Source: Spirochaetota bacterium (lineage in GTDB: Bacteria > Spirochaetota > UBA6919 > CBDBPB01). From it: a DNA stretch of 64,000 nucleotides. The notes beneath the pieces are model-generated. The model saw only the letters and a list, made by a program, of their open reading frames with translations, had not been told where the DNA came from and ran no database searches. Where the stretch lies: NCBI GenBank assembly GCA_965208615.1, contig CBDBPB010000009.1:32001-96000 (forward strand). Reading direction: 5' to 3'. The number at the start of each line of letters is the position of its first letter. Positions within the stretch are counted from its first letter, which is position 1. Shown here one piece after another: positions 19,668 through 29,917 of the stretch. A program made the position numbers and the translations under genes.

Positions 19668-20222
19668 CTATTTTTCTAATTCAACTTTCTCTAATTCGAC
19701 GTATTTATGAACAAAATGATATAATACTATACCATAGGCAACAGCTAAATTAAGGGATTGTTTTATACCATACATAGGTATTACTATAGCACTATCAGCC
19801 ATGGCTATTACCTCATCATTAACCCCATATACCTCATGACCAAAAATAAGCCCCATAGGAAATGATAAATTAAGACTACGATAGTCTACACTTTTACTTG
19901 TATGCTCCACCACTACTATATTTACTTTGTTAGCCTTTAGCTTTCGTACAGCATCAACAGTATTTTGATAATAAATCCAAGGTACACTTTCTACAGAGCC
20001 AAGAGCTGTTTTATCTATTTCTTTTCGCGGAGGATGAGCAGTCATACCACAAAGAATAAGCTGTTCTATACGAGAGGCATCCGATGTTCTAAACACCGAT
20101 CCAACATTATACATACTTCTTATGTTATCCAAAATCCCATATATAGGAAAACGTCTTTTTGCTTTTAGCTTTTCAATAGTAGGACAACTAGATTTAATCT
20201 CCTCATAGGTCAACTTCTTCAT
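19668..20222 (-). CDS. SpoU/TrmH family RNA methyltransferase
   Basis: LDNIRSMYNVGSVFRT, FGHEVYG, IPMYGIKQSLN. Confidence 0.92.
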   Translation of the reverse strand: MKKLTYEEIKSSCPTIEKLKAKRRFPIYGILDNIRSMYNVGSVFRTSDASRIEQLILCGMTAHPPRKEIDKTALGSVESVPWIYYQNTVDAVRKLKANKVNIVVVEHTSKSVDYRSLNLSFPMGLIFGHEVYGVNDEVIAMADSAIVIPMYGIKQSLNLAVAYGIVLYHFVHKYVELEKVELEK

Positions 20223-20397
20223 AGTAATACCAATTATTTTACATATATAAAATAAGTCAAATCAGTAAATAATAATAGTAAGACAATTGCCTTTTGTCAA
20301 TGGGAAGGTTAGTATCTTTTTCTACTACATTATGTAAAATATTTTATCTTTATTATATTAATTATATTAAACTAAGCTATGATAAACAATATAGAAT

Positions 20398-20922
20398 ATG
20401 CTCAGACTTAAAAATATTATTATTTTGCTTATATTAACGGCTTTCTATTTCTTAATACCCAAAACCCTAATAGCAAATATTGGAGTATACAACAATAATA
20501 ATTATTTTATAAAAAAACTATCCAATAGGTTTAAATTAAAAAAATACTTACACAAAAAAAAAATAAATAATAAAACTACCCTAACCTTTAGAGACTATCG
20601 TAACATAAAACTAGGGATAATATTATGGTTTAAGTTTGCCCCTAAAAAAGAGGATAAGTCATTAAAATCTATATATATTTTATCCAAGTATAACTTAAAG
20701 GCTATAAAAATAGGCCGGTATTTTATAAGCCATCTAAGGGCGGATAAAAAAGCTAAAATACGCTGGAAAAAATATTTAAATAAAGTCTCCTTTGAAAAAA
20801 CAAAAATCCTATACAAAGAAAAAGGACAAATTAATTACTATTTAACCTGTCTTACCCAAAAGATTTATAATCCCAAAAAGAAAAAAAACATTTATCACCT
20901 AAGATTAAAAATTATACAATAA
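20398..20922 (+). CDS. Basic secreted hypothetical protein
   Basis: Signal peptide; Lys-rich 174-aa ORF. Confidence 0.5.
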   Translation: MLRLKNIIILLILTAFYFLIPKTLIANIGVYNNNNYFIKKLSNRFKLKKYLHKKKINNKTTLTFRDYRNIKLGIILWFKFAPKKEDKSLKSIYILSKYNLKAIKIGRYFISHLRADKKAKIRWKKYLNKVSFEKTKILYKEKGQINYYLTCLTQKIYNPKKKKNIYHLRLKIIQ

Positions 20923-20995
20923 TTTTACCCTAAAAAAAATAAGTATCTTTTTAAAGAGTGTTTAATAAATTATTACTATTAACAAGGTAAAACAA

Positions 20996-22543
20996 TTGAT
21001 AACTATTTTAATAATATCCCGTAATAAAAATAATATAGTCAATTATAAAAACATCCTAACTACAACAAATATAAATAGATTTTTAATAACTAATTCTTAC
21101 TCAAAAATAAATAATATCATCAATAATAATGCCGTAAACCTAATAATAACTGATAGTTTAACAGATCCATCCAAGCTTTTTAATACCCTTAAAAAAAATA
21201 AAACTATAGCAGTATTATTTGTCCTGCCTACCGGAAGCTCAAGCAATAAAGTTAAAAGTGATAGTCTATACAAAAATATAGAGTTTATAGCTAACCCTAT
21301 AAACAAAAAAACCTTTATTTGTATGATAAACAAGCTATTAAAATCAAACCTTAAATATAATAACACGACCTCAGAAAAAACACAATATAAGCTAAAAAGC
21401 CTTAACTCTAACAATGATCCTATATATATCCTTGGTTTAGATAGAAATTATAATATTGTTATGGAAAATAGCCTTCGTAAGAAACCATTATCAAGCTATT
21501 TTGGCACTATATTAAACAAAGATTTTATAAAGCTGTTATCACCCTATATTAACCCTTCTAGCAACATAAAGGATGAGCTTGAAAATAATAGAACCTTTAA
21601 GTTTAAAACCGTCCTCCCTGATAAAAACATTAATCTAACTTTAGAGTGGAGTATAATAGCTATTAATACAAAATCCAATCCTAATTTTATATGCCTTGCC
21701 AAAAAAGCTAAAAATACTAAAGTCAATAATAAAAATAAAGAATCAGACATAATAGAAAGTACCACAAAGATTAACAATAACTTAAAGGATAAAATAATAG
21801 ATAATATGAACCATGAACTAAGAACCCCTCTCAATAGTATTATAGGGTTTTCAAAATTGCTAAAGTCCGTTGATAACTCTAACATTAACAAAAATGATAT
21901 TATAAACTATTCAACATATATCCATAACAATGCCCTTAGACTCCTCAACTCAATAAACAAGGTAGTAGATACCGCTAAAATAGAACTTGGAAAAATTAAA
22001 ATTAATACAGAAAAAATCATGATAAAAGAATATATTAATGAAATCTTATTACCCCTTAAAAATATTGCTAATCAAAATAATATTAAAATCTACTTCAACC
22101 CTGATAGCGATATAGACAGCATTATTAGCGATAGTGAAAAGCTAAATACAATACTATATAACATCCTAAGCAATGCAATAAAATATAATAAGGTCAACGG
22201 TAAGATATTTATCTCTTATTCAAAGTCGGGATATAACAATATACTCTTTTCAATTAAGGATACCGGTATTGGAATTAAGTCGGAATATAAAAATAGTATA
22301 TTTAAAGAGTTTGCTAAAGCTGGTGAAAATAATTACTTAGCCTCCAAAAGAGGTATTGGATTAGGATTAACTATCTGTAAAAAACTGATTAACCTTATGG
22401 GGGGGGATATATGGTTAAACTCTATATATGGTCAAGAGACTACTTTCTATTTTACCCTTCCAGTTCAACTTATTATTAGCAAAAATAAAGAACTAAATAC
22501 TATGCCTAACTGCCAAACACAGACTACTATACAAAACAAATAA
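20996..22543 (+). CDS. Cytoplasmic histidine kinase with degenerate N-terminal receiver-like domain
   Basis: H-box NHELRTPLNSIIGF, N-box NILSNAIKY, DTGIGI, GIGLGL. Confidence 0.88.
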   Translation: MITILIISRNKNNIVNYKNILTTTNINRFLITNSYSKINNIINNNAVNLIITDSLTDPSKLFNTLKKNKTIAVLFVLPTGSSSNKVKSDSLYKNIEFIANPINKKTFICMINKLLKSNLKYNNTTSEKTQYKLKSLNSNNDPIYILGLDRNYNIVMENSLRKKPLSSYFGTILNKDFIKLLSPYINPSSNIKDELENNRTFKFKTVLPDKNINLTLEWSIIAINTKSNPNFICLAKKAKNTKVNNKNKESDIIESTTKINNNLKDKIIDNMNHELRTPLNSIIGFSKLLKSVDNSNINKNDIINYSTYIHNNALRLLNSINKVVDTAKIELGKIKINTEKIMIKEYINEILLPLKNIANQNNIKIYFNPDSDIDSIISDSEKLNTILYNILSNAIKYNKVNGKIFISYSKSGYNNILFSIKDTGIGIKSEYKNSIFKEFAKAGENNYLASKRGIGLGLTICKKLINLMGGDIWLNSIYGQETTFYFTLPVQLIISKNKELNTMPNCQTQTTIQNK

Positions 22544-22558
22544 CTTATAAATATAAAA

Positions 22559-24589
22559 CTACTTAGTTTTACTCAATTTTATAAATATGGTATCTAATAT
22601 AGGATTAACCCTATCAATTAACACCGTAACCCTTTGATTTAGCTTAAAATAAGCGGTAGTATTTAAAATAGTCTGAAGGAAAACCTCTTGAATTTCTACA
22701 AGATAACCATTATTTGCTTTTCTCAAAACAATAGCCTCGAATGAACGACCCTTTTCTTGTTTTAGGTACTTCAATAACCAATATCTTGATGTGTCCCTTT
22801 CTATAGCCTTTATCTCTTTAGAAGCTTTATCAGCGGTTGCCGCAACTATTTGAATATCTTGTTTTGAATAGTATGGCTTGTTTTTAGAAGATAAAAAACT
22901 CTTTAACTGCCTGTGAATAATTAAATCATGATAACGACGTATAGGTGAACTTATCTGAGTGTATACATATAAGCCTAATGCAAAGTGTTTTCTTGGAATA
23001 AAGTCTATTTCAGACTTTTTCATCTTCTTTAGCTGGTCAAAAAGATTAGCCTTATCATTATCAACCAATACAATATCTTTATCAGGAGGCTCCTGACATA
23101 TATAGATGGATGAAATACCATTTAAATAGCAAAATACCGCAGATAAATGATTAATAAATATCATAAGCTCCTTAACTATTAGATCACTTTTAAAATTATG
23201 CTTGTCAATATCCAATTCAATTCTTTTATCCCTAAGTACCCTTATTTTTATATCAGGATTGTTAAACTCTATGGCTCCATCCGACTCACGCTTAAGCCTA
23301 AGAGCGTTTGCCACCCTATAAAGAAGCTCTAAGGGCTTATCAGAGTCAATTAGCTCATGCACCTCTTTATAAGTCATATTCTTATTCACAACAACTACAG
23401 ATTGGACTATGTTATAATCAACCATATTAAAACTATGATCAAAGTTAATCATAAAGCTAGTACAAGGTCTTAACTCCCCCTCAATCAAGCTAAACTTATA
23501 GTCAGATAAAGACTCCGGGAACATGGATATCTTCTCTAAGGGTAAATATACGGTTAAACCCCTATGCAATGCCTCAGAATCAAGTGCAGAACCCGCATCT
23601 ATAAAATGGGATACGTCAGTAATGTGTACCCAAACAATATATTTATCATCCTTTATTTCAAAGGATATAGCATCATCAATATCCTTGGTATACTTATCAT
23701 CAATGGTTATTGTATGCAAATGTCTAAGGTCTAATCTATCCCCAATATCCTTTTCCAAAAAGCCTTTTATTTGCTTAGCCTCTTCTAATGCCTTTTCTCC
23801 AAAAGTAGTGGGAATGTTATACTTTAAAATAGAAAGATTTTCATCCTCCTTAAATATTCCAAGCTGCTGAAAGAGTATATATAAACTCTCAATAACTGTC
23901 TTAGACATCTTAAATCCACAATGTTTTTTCATAGTCTCTAAAATATCAAGAGCAACATCCTTTTTGTCATATAAATCTCTAAATAATACATACTGCTTTA
24001 AAGGCTCAATATATCTAATAACCTCCAAAGGAATCTCTAACTTATCATTATTACCAGAAATAAAGTCCTTAAGCCATCTGATAACAATATCCATATTTTG
24101 TTGCTTCTTTTTAAGACTACGCTCATACCTATCTCTCTCTTCTATTTTAGCGCTAACTGCCTTATATGTATTGGGATAAAAGCGTCCATGTTTAAGCTTA
24201 AAGTATGTAGAGTCGTTTGACAAGGCAATTATCATTATTACTATATTTTCATTAGAACTATGATTATCAAAATATAACTCAGCCATATAAAGTGGAGTAA
24301 AACCCTCTTCTTCCTCACAAAGAAGCTCGTATAACTCTTTTATAGAAACACTTTTAGACTCATTTTCTAAGTTATCACGAATACTTTTAACTTCTCTTGC
24401 TATCTCAAAGTCTTTTCTATCAACAGAAATAACCTTATTAAGGCTAACCTCTAACTTATCCAATAACATATTAGACTTTTTATTATTCTCCGAAAGAAGA
24501 ACTAATTTATCCCCCTTTCTGTCCACCACAATACCTAACAAAAAGTTATTTCTCTCACGATAAGCAACTAGTTCACCTATTTTTGCCAT
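22559..24589 (-). CDS. RNB-domain exoribonuclease (RNase II/R family)
   Basis: TIDD..TKDIDDAIS, SSPIRRYHDL, C-terminal S1-like domain. Confidence 0.9.
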   Translation of the reverse strand: MAKIGELVAYRERNNFLLGIVVDRKGDKLVLLSENNKKSNMLLDKLEVSLNKVISVDRKDFEIAREVKSIRDNLENESKSVSIKELYELLCEEEEGFTPLYMAELYFDNHSSNENIVIMIIALSNDSTYFKLKHGRFYPNTYKAVSAKIEERDRYERSLKKKQQNMDIVIRWLKDFISGNNDKLEIPLEVIRYIEPLKQYVLFRDLYDKKDVALDILETMKKHCGFKMSKTVIESLYILFQQLGIFKEDENLSILKYNIPTTFGEKALEEAKQIKGFLEKDIGDRLDLRHLHTITIDDKYTKDIDDAISFEIKDDKYIVWVHITDVSHFIDAGSALDSEALHRGLTVYLPLEKISMFPESLSDYKFSLIEGELRPCTSFMINFDHSFNMVDYNIVQSVVVVNKNMTYKEVHELIDSDKPLELLYRVANALRLKRESDGAIEFNNPDIKIRVLRDKRIELDIDKHNFKSDLIVKELMIFINHLSAVFCYLNGISSIYICQEPPDKDIVLVDNDKANLFDQLKKMKKSEIDFIPRKHFALGLYVYTQISSPIRRYHDLIIHRQLKSFLSSKNKPYYSKQDIQIVAATADKASKEIKAIERDTSRYWLLKYLKQEKGRSFEAIVLRKANNGYLVEIQEVFLQTILNTTAYFKLNQRVTVLIDRVNPILDTIFIKLSKTK

Positions 24590-24701
24590 AGTCTAAAAAT
24601 ACCTGTTTTTTTTGTTGTATAAAATACACTAATATATTACTAATATTAACTCGAAACTAAAAATAATTTTAAGCAACTTTAAGAGAAAAATAAAGCTAAT
24701 G

Positions 24702-26048
24702 TTAGTTATTAACCTTATACAGAGAATTAAAGTGGGTAAAATAATGAGGAAAGGTTTTTGATACGCAGTTAGGATCAAGAATAACGAGTCCTCGGACTTT
24801 TAATCCAGCTAAAGAGAATGCCATAGCCATTCTATGATCATCATAAGTAGAAATATTAGCAGGCTTATATTTATCCACAGGTTGTATAATAATACCATCA
24901 TCCATTTCTGTAATGTCTGCCCCAAGCTTTTTTAACTCATTACATAGTGCAGTTATTCTGTCAGTCTCCTTTAGCCTCATATTATACACATTTCTAATTA
25001 TAGTTTTTCCCTTAACAAATAAAGCTATAACAGCAAGAGTCTGTGCAACGTCAGATATGTCATTCATATCAACATCCACACCCTTTAGTTTAGTATTAGC
25101 ATTTCTATAAACAGTAATAGAGTTATCCCCATAAGAAACCAAACAACCCATTTCTTCTAATATAGACAAAAACCGAAGATCTCCCTGAACGCTGTTTTTA
25201 GTAATATTATTAACAGTAAGCTCTCCACCACAAATAGCAACGGCTCCAAAAAAATAAGAAGCATTAGAAGCATCCCCCTCAATAATATAATTATTTAGGG
25301 GTTTATAGTTCTGAGGCTCAATAGTTATAGATTTATAACTACTATCATAACTAACAGATAAACTACCAAAGTCATTCATGACCTTTTTAGTAATATCAAT
25401 ATAGGGCTTGGATACCAAATCACCATCTATATCAATATGGATATTATTATTAGCATAACAACCAGAAAGCATAATGGATGAAAAAAATTGACTGCTAATA
25501 TTACCCTTCATGCTAACCCTTCCGCCACTAAGACCCTTAGCTCTAATTTTAATAGGGGGATAGCCATCCTTATCAACATATAATATATTAGCACCAAGAC
25601 TATTAAGTCCATCAACTAAATCTTTTATAGGTCTATTTTTCATACGTTCATTTCCAGTTAAAATAAACTCACCTTGTCCGAGGGTCAAAAATGTTGTCAG
25701 GAAACGAAGTGCAGTACCTGCATTACCAACATAAACAGGATTAGAAATATAGTTAAAGTTAAGCCCCTTACTAAAAACGGTAATCTCATTGCTATATTCA
25801 CTAGCTTCAATAGTAATACCCAAGCTAGTAAGGGCATCTATCATATATTTTGTATCATCACTAAAAAGTGCATTAGTCATAGAAGTTTTACCATTAGCTA
25901 ATGCCGCTATAACTAAAGCTCTATTGGTAATGCTTTTTGAACCAGGAATATTTATACTAGCTCTAATTTCATGGTTTATAGGCTTAATAAGTTTAGAATG
26001 ATTCTTTTTGCCTATTTTAACATTATTATCATAATCGCTATCAGCTAT
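24702..26048 (-). CDS. aroA: 3-phosphoshikimate 1-carboxyvinyltransferase (start proposed at ATA 26048)
   Basis: IPGSKSITNRALVIAALA upstream of first ATG 25880; GNAGTA, RPI, SSQF, KETDRI, DDHRMAM. Confidence 0.95.
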   Translation of the reverse strand: MADSDYDNNVKIGKKNHSKLIKPINHEIRASINIPGSKSITNRALVIAALANGKTSMTNALFSDDTKYMIDALTSLGITIEASEYSNEITVFSKGLNFNYISNPVYVGNAGTALRFLTTFLTLGQGEFILTGNERMKNRPIKDLVDGLNSLGANILYVDKDGYPPIKIRAKGLSGGRVSMKGNISSQFFSSIMLSGCYANNNIHIDIDGDLVSKPYIDITKKVMNDFGSLSVSYDSSYKSITIEPQNYKPLNNYIIEGDASNASYFFGAVAICGGELTVNNITKNSVQGDLRFLSILEEMGCLVSYGDNSITVYRNANTKLKGVDVDMNDISDVAQTLAVIALFVKGKTIIRNVYNMRLKETDRITALCNELKKLGADITEMDDGIIIQPVDKYKPANISTYDDHRMAMAFSLAGLKVRGLVILDPNCVSKTFPHYFTHFNSLYKVNN

Positions 26049-26076
26049 CCTATTTCTCCACTATAAGTTGTAATTC

Positions 26077-26568
26077 TTAGTTGTCAATAGTAAGGGGTTT
26101 ACTATCATCCTCTTCAAATTCTACTATAAGATCCTTCTTGCGCCTAGTTTTTTTAATCCTTCTTTTAATTTTTCTCTTAACCTTTTTTTTAACTTTTTTA
26201 TAAGCTCTCTTTTTAGGCTTAACCGCTAAACTAAGCTTCTTTGTATACTTTTTAATAAGCATAATGATTTCTTTTTTCTGATTCTCATCAGCCTCTGGAT
26301 GTTTGTGATATTTGGCCTCATTCAGCTTATCAAGAGCATCATTATATTTATTATTTTTAGCAAAGTTTTTCGCATTATTTATAAGTATATCAATAGTATT
26401 ATTTTTTTTAATAATTTCCTCTTGCTTATTTTTATGAACTTCCTTTTTTCCATCTATTAAAAGTTCTCCAATTTCCTCTATGAAAAAAATCCCTATAAGC
26501 AGTATTAATAAAAGAATTATTATAGTTATAAAAATGGCATCAGCTTTTTTAAACCCTGACATTGTCAT
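26077..26568 (-). CDS. Membrane-anchored hypothetical protein with basic tail
   Basis: N-terminal TM, TPR-like helix pair, Lys/Arg-rich segment; SD GGAG. Confidence 0.7.
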   Translation of the reverse strand: MTMSGFKKADAIFITIIILLLILLIGIFFIEEIGELLIDGKKEVHKNKQEEIIKKNNTIDILINNAKNFAKNNKYNDALDKLNEAKYHKHPEADENQKKEIIMLIKKYTKKLSLAVKPKKRAYKKVKKKVKRKIKRRIKKTRRKKDLIVEFEEDDSKPLTIDN

Positions 26569-26714
26569 CTATCTCCATAATAAAGTAAAAATTATTGATT
26601 ATATTTAAACCCATATAAAACTAATACCACTAATTATTTTAAATAAGACAATACAGCTAAAAGTTATAAAGCTCTAAACACTATACCATAAACCTATTAT
26701 GAATTAGCTGTATT

Positions 26715-27458
26715 TTATTTTTCTATTTCGTTATATTCCTTCCCTTCTTTTTTTCCTTTATTTTTAACTATAAGGTTTTGAGAGTTTACTTTTACATTTC
26801 TATCCGATATATAAATATCTTTAGTATTTTTTCTTTTGTTATTCTGCTTATTTTTACTATTCTGTTCTTTACCCACGGCTCTACCAATATAGGTTTTGTA
26901 TTTATCTTTTTCAACCGGAAAGATAAAGTTTTTATTCTTCAATATATTAATAGCTTTTCTAACGCTTTCATACTGCAGGTTATTTGGAGCTTTTACTAAA
27001 TATATCTCCCATGCCTTAATGGTTTCATCTTTATTTTTAAGATTAAAATATATCATCCCCATATACAAATATATAGCCGGATATTTATCAGTTTTACTTC
27101 CTATATACCTATAGGTTTTTAGGGCATCTTTATACATCTTGGCACCCTGATAGCTTTTTGCTAAATTATACAAATAGATAATCTTTGTTTTACCTGAAAC
27201 TATATCCAAACCACGTTTATATGCCTCTATAGACTCAAGGAACATTTTCTTATGATTATATATATTACCCAAATAAAAGTATAAGTCATTTTTCATAGGA
27301 CTCTCTTTAAAAGCTCTCTCAAAGTAAACCAAAGCAAGTTCATACTTTTTTTTATTATAAAGAATAATTCCTTGATCATAGTTTGACAACACCTTAGATA
27401 GTAATAAGCTTGGAGTTAACAATAATATAACCAAGGTTATTTTCATTAAAGTTTTCAT
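26715..27458 (-). CDS. Secreted tetratricopeptide repeat protein
   Basis: Signal peptide; repeated YFYLG / YLYNLA / YLYMG TPR motifs. Confidence 0.85.
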   Translation of the reverse strand: MKTLMKITLVILLLTPSLLLSKVLSNYDQGIILYNKKKYELALVYFERAFKESPMKNDLYFYLGNIYNHKKMFLESIEAYKRGLDIVSGKTKIIYLYNLAKSYQGAKMYKDALKTYRYIGSKTDKYPAIYLYMGMIYFNLKNKDETIKAWEIYLVKAPNNLQYESVRKAINILKNKNFIFPVEKDKYKTYIGRAVGKEQNSKNKQNNKRKNTKDIYISDRNVKVNSQNLIVKNKGKKEGKEYNEIEK

Positions 27459-27947
27459 TTAGTTAGTCCTAATAGTAGTTTTAAAGTGGTATTAATGTAT
27501 ATTTATTTATTTTTTATATCTATCGGATACTTTTTTTTACTGTATAAAACATTTTATAAATAATTTATAACCTATTAGAGCCTATTCTATATTACCTTAT
27601 TTACAATTTTACATATTTTATTGACAGAATAGTAAAATGTATATATAATTTATTTATTAACATTTTAGTTAGTCTATGTTTAAAACCCTCAATAATCCTT
27701 AGACTCTTCTAGCTTAAATAATTTCTCTAAGGAATAGTGCTAGTAAAAAAAACATTACATACAAAATAATATGTTAATAATATATTTTTACAGTTATAAA
27801 AATTATATGGCTTTTATTACTACTATATTACTTATATATAATAGTATAATTATAAAACTAAAGTAAAACATCTAAATATATATATTTATTAAATGTTATA
27901 TTAATAATTTTTAATTAAAAAAATAAATAGGAAAGAAAAACTTAAGT

Positions 27948-29315
27948 ATGGATAACTTATATATAATTATACCCAGCATAATAATAGCTGTAATTGTTAT
28001 TTTTCTTTTAATAAGACATTTTATATTTGCTAGTAAATTCGACCAAATACAAAACCATATAGAAAATAATAACACTAATGAGGCTATAAAACTTCTAAAA
28101 AAACTTATACATAAAAATGATAGAAATAGTACAGCTCACTTTTACCTTGGAGAAACATACTTTCGTGAAGAAAATTACGAATGGTCACTACCTCATTATA
28201 AAAAAGTTATTTCTATAAATAATTATAACTCAGAAATAACAGAGCTAAAAGTTAGAGAACGTCTTGCAGAAATATACCTCCACTTTAATAAACTTAAAGA
28301 AGCTCAAAAAGAATTCCTACTAATTTTAAATATGGAGCCTAATAACTATAAGCACTATTACCGAATAGGACAAATATTTTATCAACGACATTACAGAGAA
28401 AATGCAGGATTCTACTTTAAAAAAAGCCTAGAAATAAATCCAATACATGATGACTCCCTTTTCTATTTAGGAGAAATATTATATATAACTCAACGTTATC
28501 CAGAAGCACTAGAATATATGAAGCAATGTCTAAAAAGTAATCCAACATATCACAAAGCATATTATTATATAGGCATGAGCAACTTTATGTCTAAAAACTA
28601 TACCCGAGCTTTAAAAGATTTCGAAATAAGCGCTAGAGATTCAGAATTTAGATTAAGATCCCTCTTTCAATTAGGTAAAACCTCTGTAGAAAGCGGCAAT
28701 ATAGAAAAAGGCATCCTAGACCTTGAAAGAGCTATACAGTATATTACAAAAGAAGATAAAGTTACCGCCGCCTTAAGATATTATTTAGCTAGTACTTATG
28801 AGAGTATTCGAGATATATCATCTGCCATAGTCCAGTGGGAAATCATTGCTAACCATTATCCAGCTTATAAAAGCGTTAAAACTAAACTTGATGCCTATGG
28901 CGATATTAGAATGAATGACCAATTAAAAGATTTTATGACTGCATCAGAAAATCGCTTCGGAACAATCTCTAAACAAATAGTAGAAAACTTTGACTATAAC
29001 ATTATAAAAATGAAAATAACCAATAGGGGTGCTATTGCAACAATACTAACTAATGATAAAGAAAGTGAATGGCGAAATGTAAGAAAAACAAAGCAACTAT
29101 TTAAAATATACAGAATAAGTGATAAAATTGGTGATAACACTATTAGGGAAATACTAGAAGAGGTAAAAGAAATGGGTGCAGTAAAAAGCTTTTGTATTAC
29201 TAGCTCTGAGTTTACAAGACAGGCTAATGAATATGCCAGTACTCGTCCTATAGAACTTTTTGATAAAAATAATATATCTAACTTATTGTCTAATCAAAAT
29301 AATAAAATTAGTTAG
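27948..29315 (+). CDS. Membrane-anchored TPR protein with C-terminal Mrr-like nuclease fold
   Basis: N-terminal TM, about 8 TPRs, C-terminal ITSSEFTRQANEYA..IELFD. Confidence 0.8.
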   Translation: MDNLYIIIPSIIIAVIVIFLLIRHFIFASKFDQIQNHIENNNTNEAIKLLKKLIHKNDRNSTAHFYLGETYFREENYEWSLPHYKKVISINNYNSEITELKVRERLAEIYLHFNKLKEAQKEFLLILNMEPNNYKHYYRIGQIFYQRHYRENAGFYFKKSLEINPIHDDSLFYLGEILYITQRYPEALEYMKQCLKSNPTYHKAYYYIGMSNFMSKNYTRALKDFEISARDSEFRLRSLFQLGKTSVESGNIEKGILDLERAIQYITKEDKVTAALRYYLASTYESIRDISSAIVQWEIIANHYPAYKSVKTKLDAYGDIRMNDQLKDFMTASENRFGTISKQIVENFDYNIIKMKITNRGAIATILTNDKESEWRNVRKTKQLFKIYRISDKIGDNTIREILEEVKEMGAVKSFCITSSEFTRQANEYASTRPIELFDKNNISNLLSNQNNKIS

Positions 29316-29355
29316 TACTCCATAAATATATATTATATATTTAATCCAGAGGTAA

Positions 29356-29778
29356 ATGATGACCGATATTGCTAAAGTCATTAAGGTAGAGGGTAATAAG
29401 GTTATAGCTGAGGTACAGCCTTCAGACAACTGTGGATCATGTAATGCCTGTTATGGAGCAAATCAAAAAACAAACTCCCTAACCCTTTTAAACCTAATAA
29501 ACGCTAAAAAAAATGACCTCATCATTGTTGAAATTAGTGAATCAAAAAGCATCCAGCTCTCTATTTTGGTTTATATATTCCCAATAATAATGATGATCTT
29601 GGGGTATTTTTTGGGAGAACTTTTAATACAAAGTAAAGATAGTGATAATCCCTTTGCAGTCGGCTTATCTGTGGTATTTTTGCTTATCTCATTCTTAGTT
29701 ATATATTTTATAGATAAAAAAAATAAGGGTTTTTCTCCGCAAATAACCGGCTTCTATAAAAAGCATAGTCCAGAATAA
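29356..29778 (+). CDS. rseC: RseC/MucC family protein
   Basis: CGSCNAC cluster, LVYIFP, two C-terminal TM helices. Confidence 0.82.
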   Translation: MMTDIAKVIKVEGNKVIAEVQPSDNCGSCNACYGANQKTNSLTLLNLINAKKNDLIIVEISESKSIQLSILVYIFPIIMMILGYFLGELLIQSKDSDNPFAVGLSVVFLLISFLVIYFIDKKNKGFSPQITGFYKKHSPE

Positions 29779-29917
29779 ATATTAGACCATTGACAATATA
29801 AAATAACCGTTAATAAATATTTTTTACTACTTAAACTTACTCTACAACCTTTTTATTATATTTCTATTAATAAAACAACACTTAACTTAATAAATATTAC
29901 CACACAGCTAAAGGTAT

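Noticed and set aside
19668-19700. C-terminal VELEK duplication in the SpoU protein; similar short repeats at about 31276-31305 and 31989-32012
   Set aside because: Simple 10-15 nt slippage duplications with no evident function.
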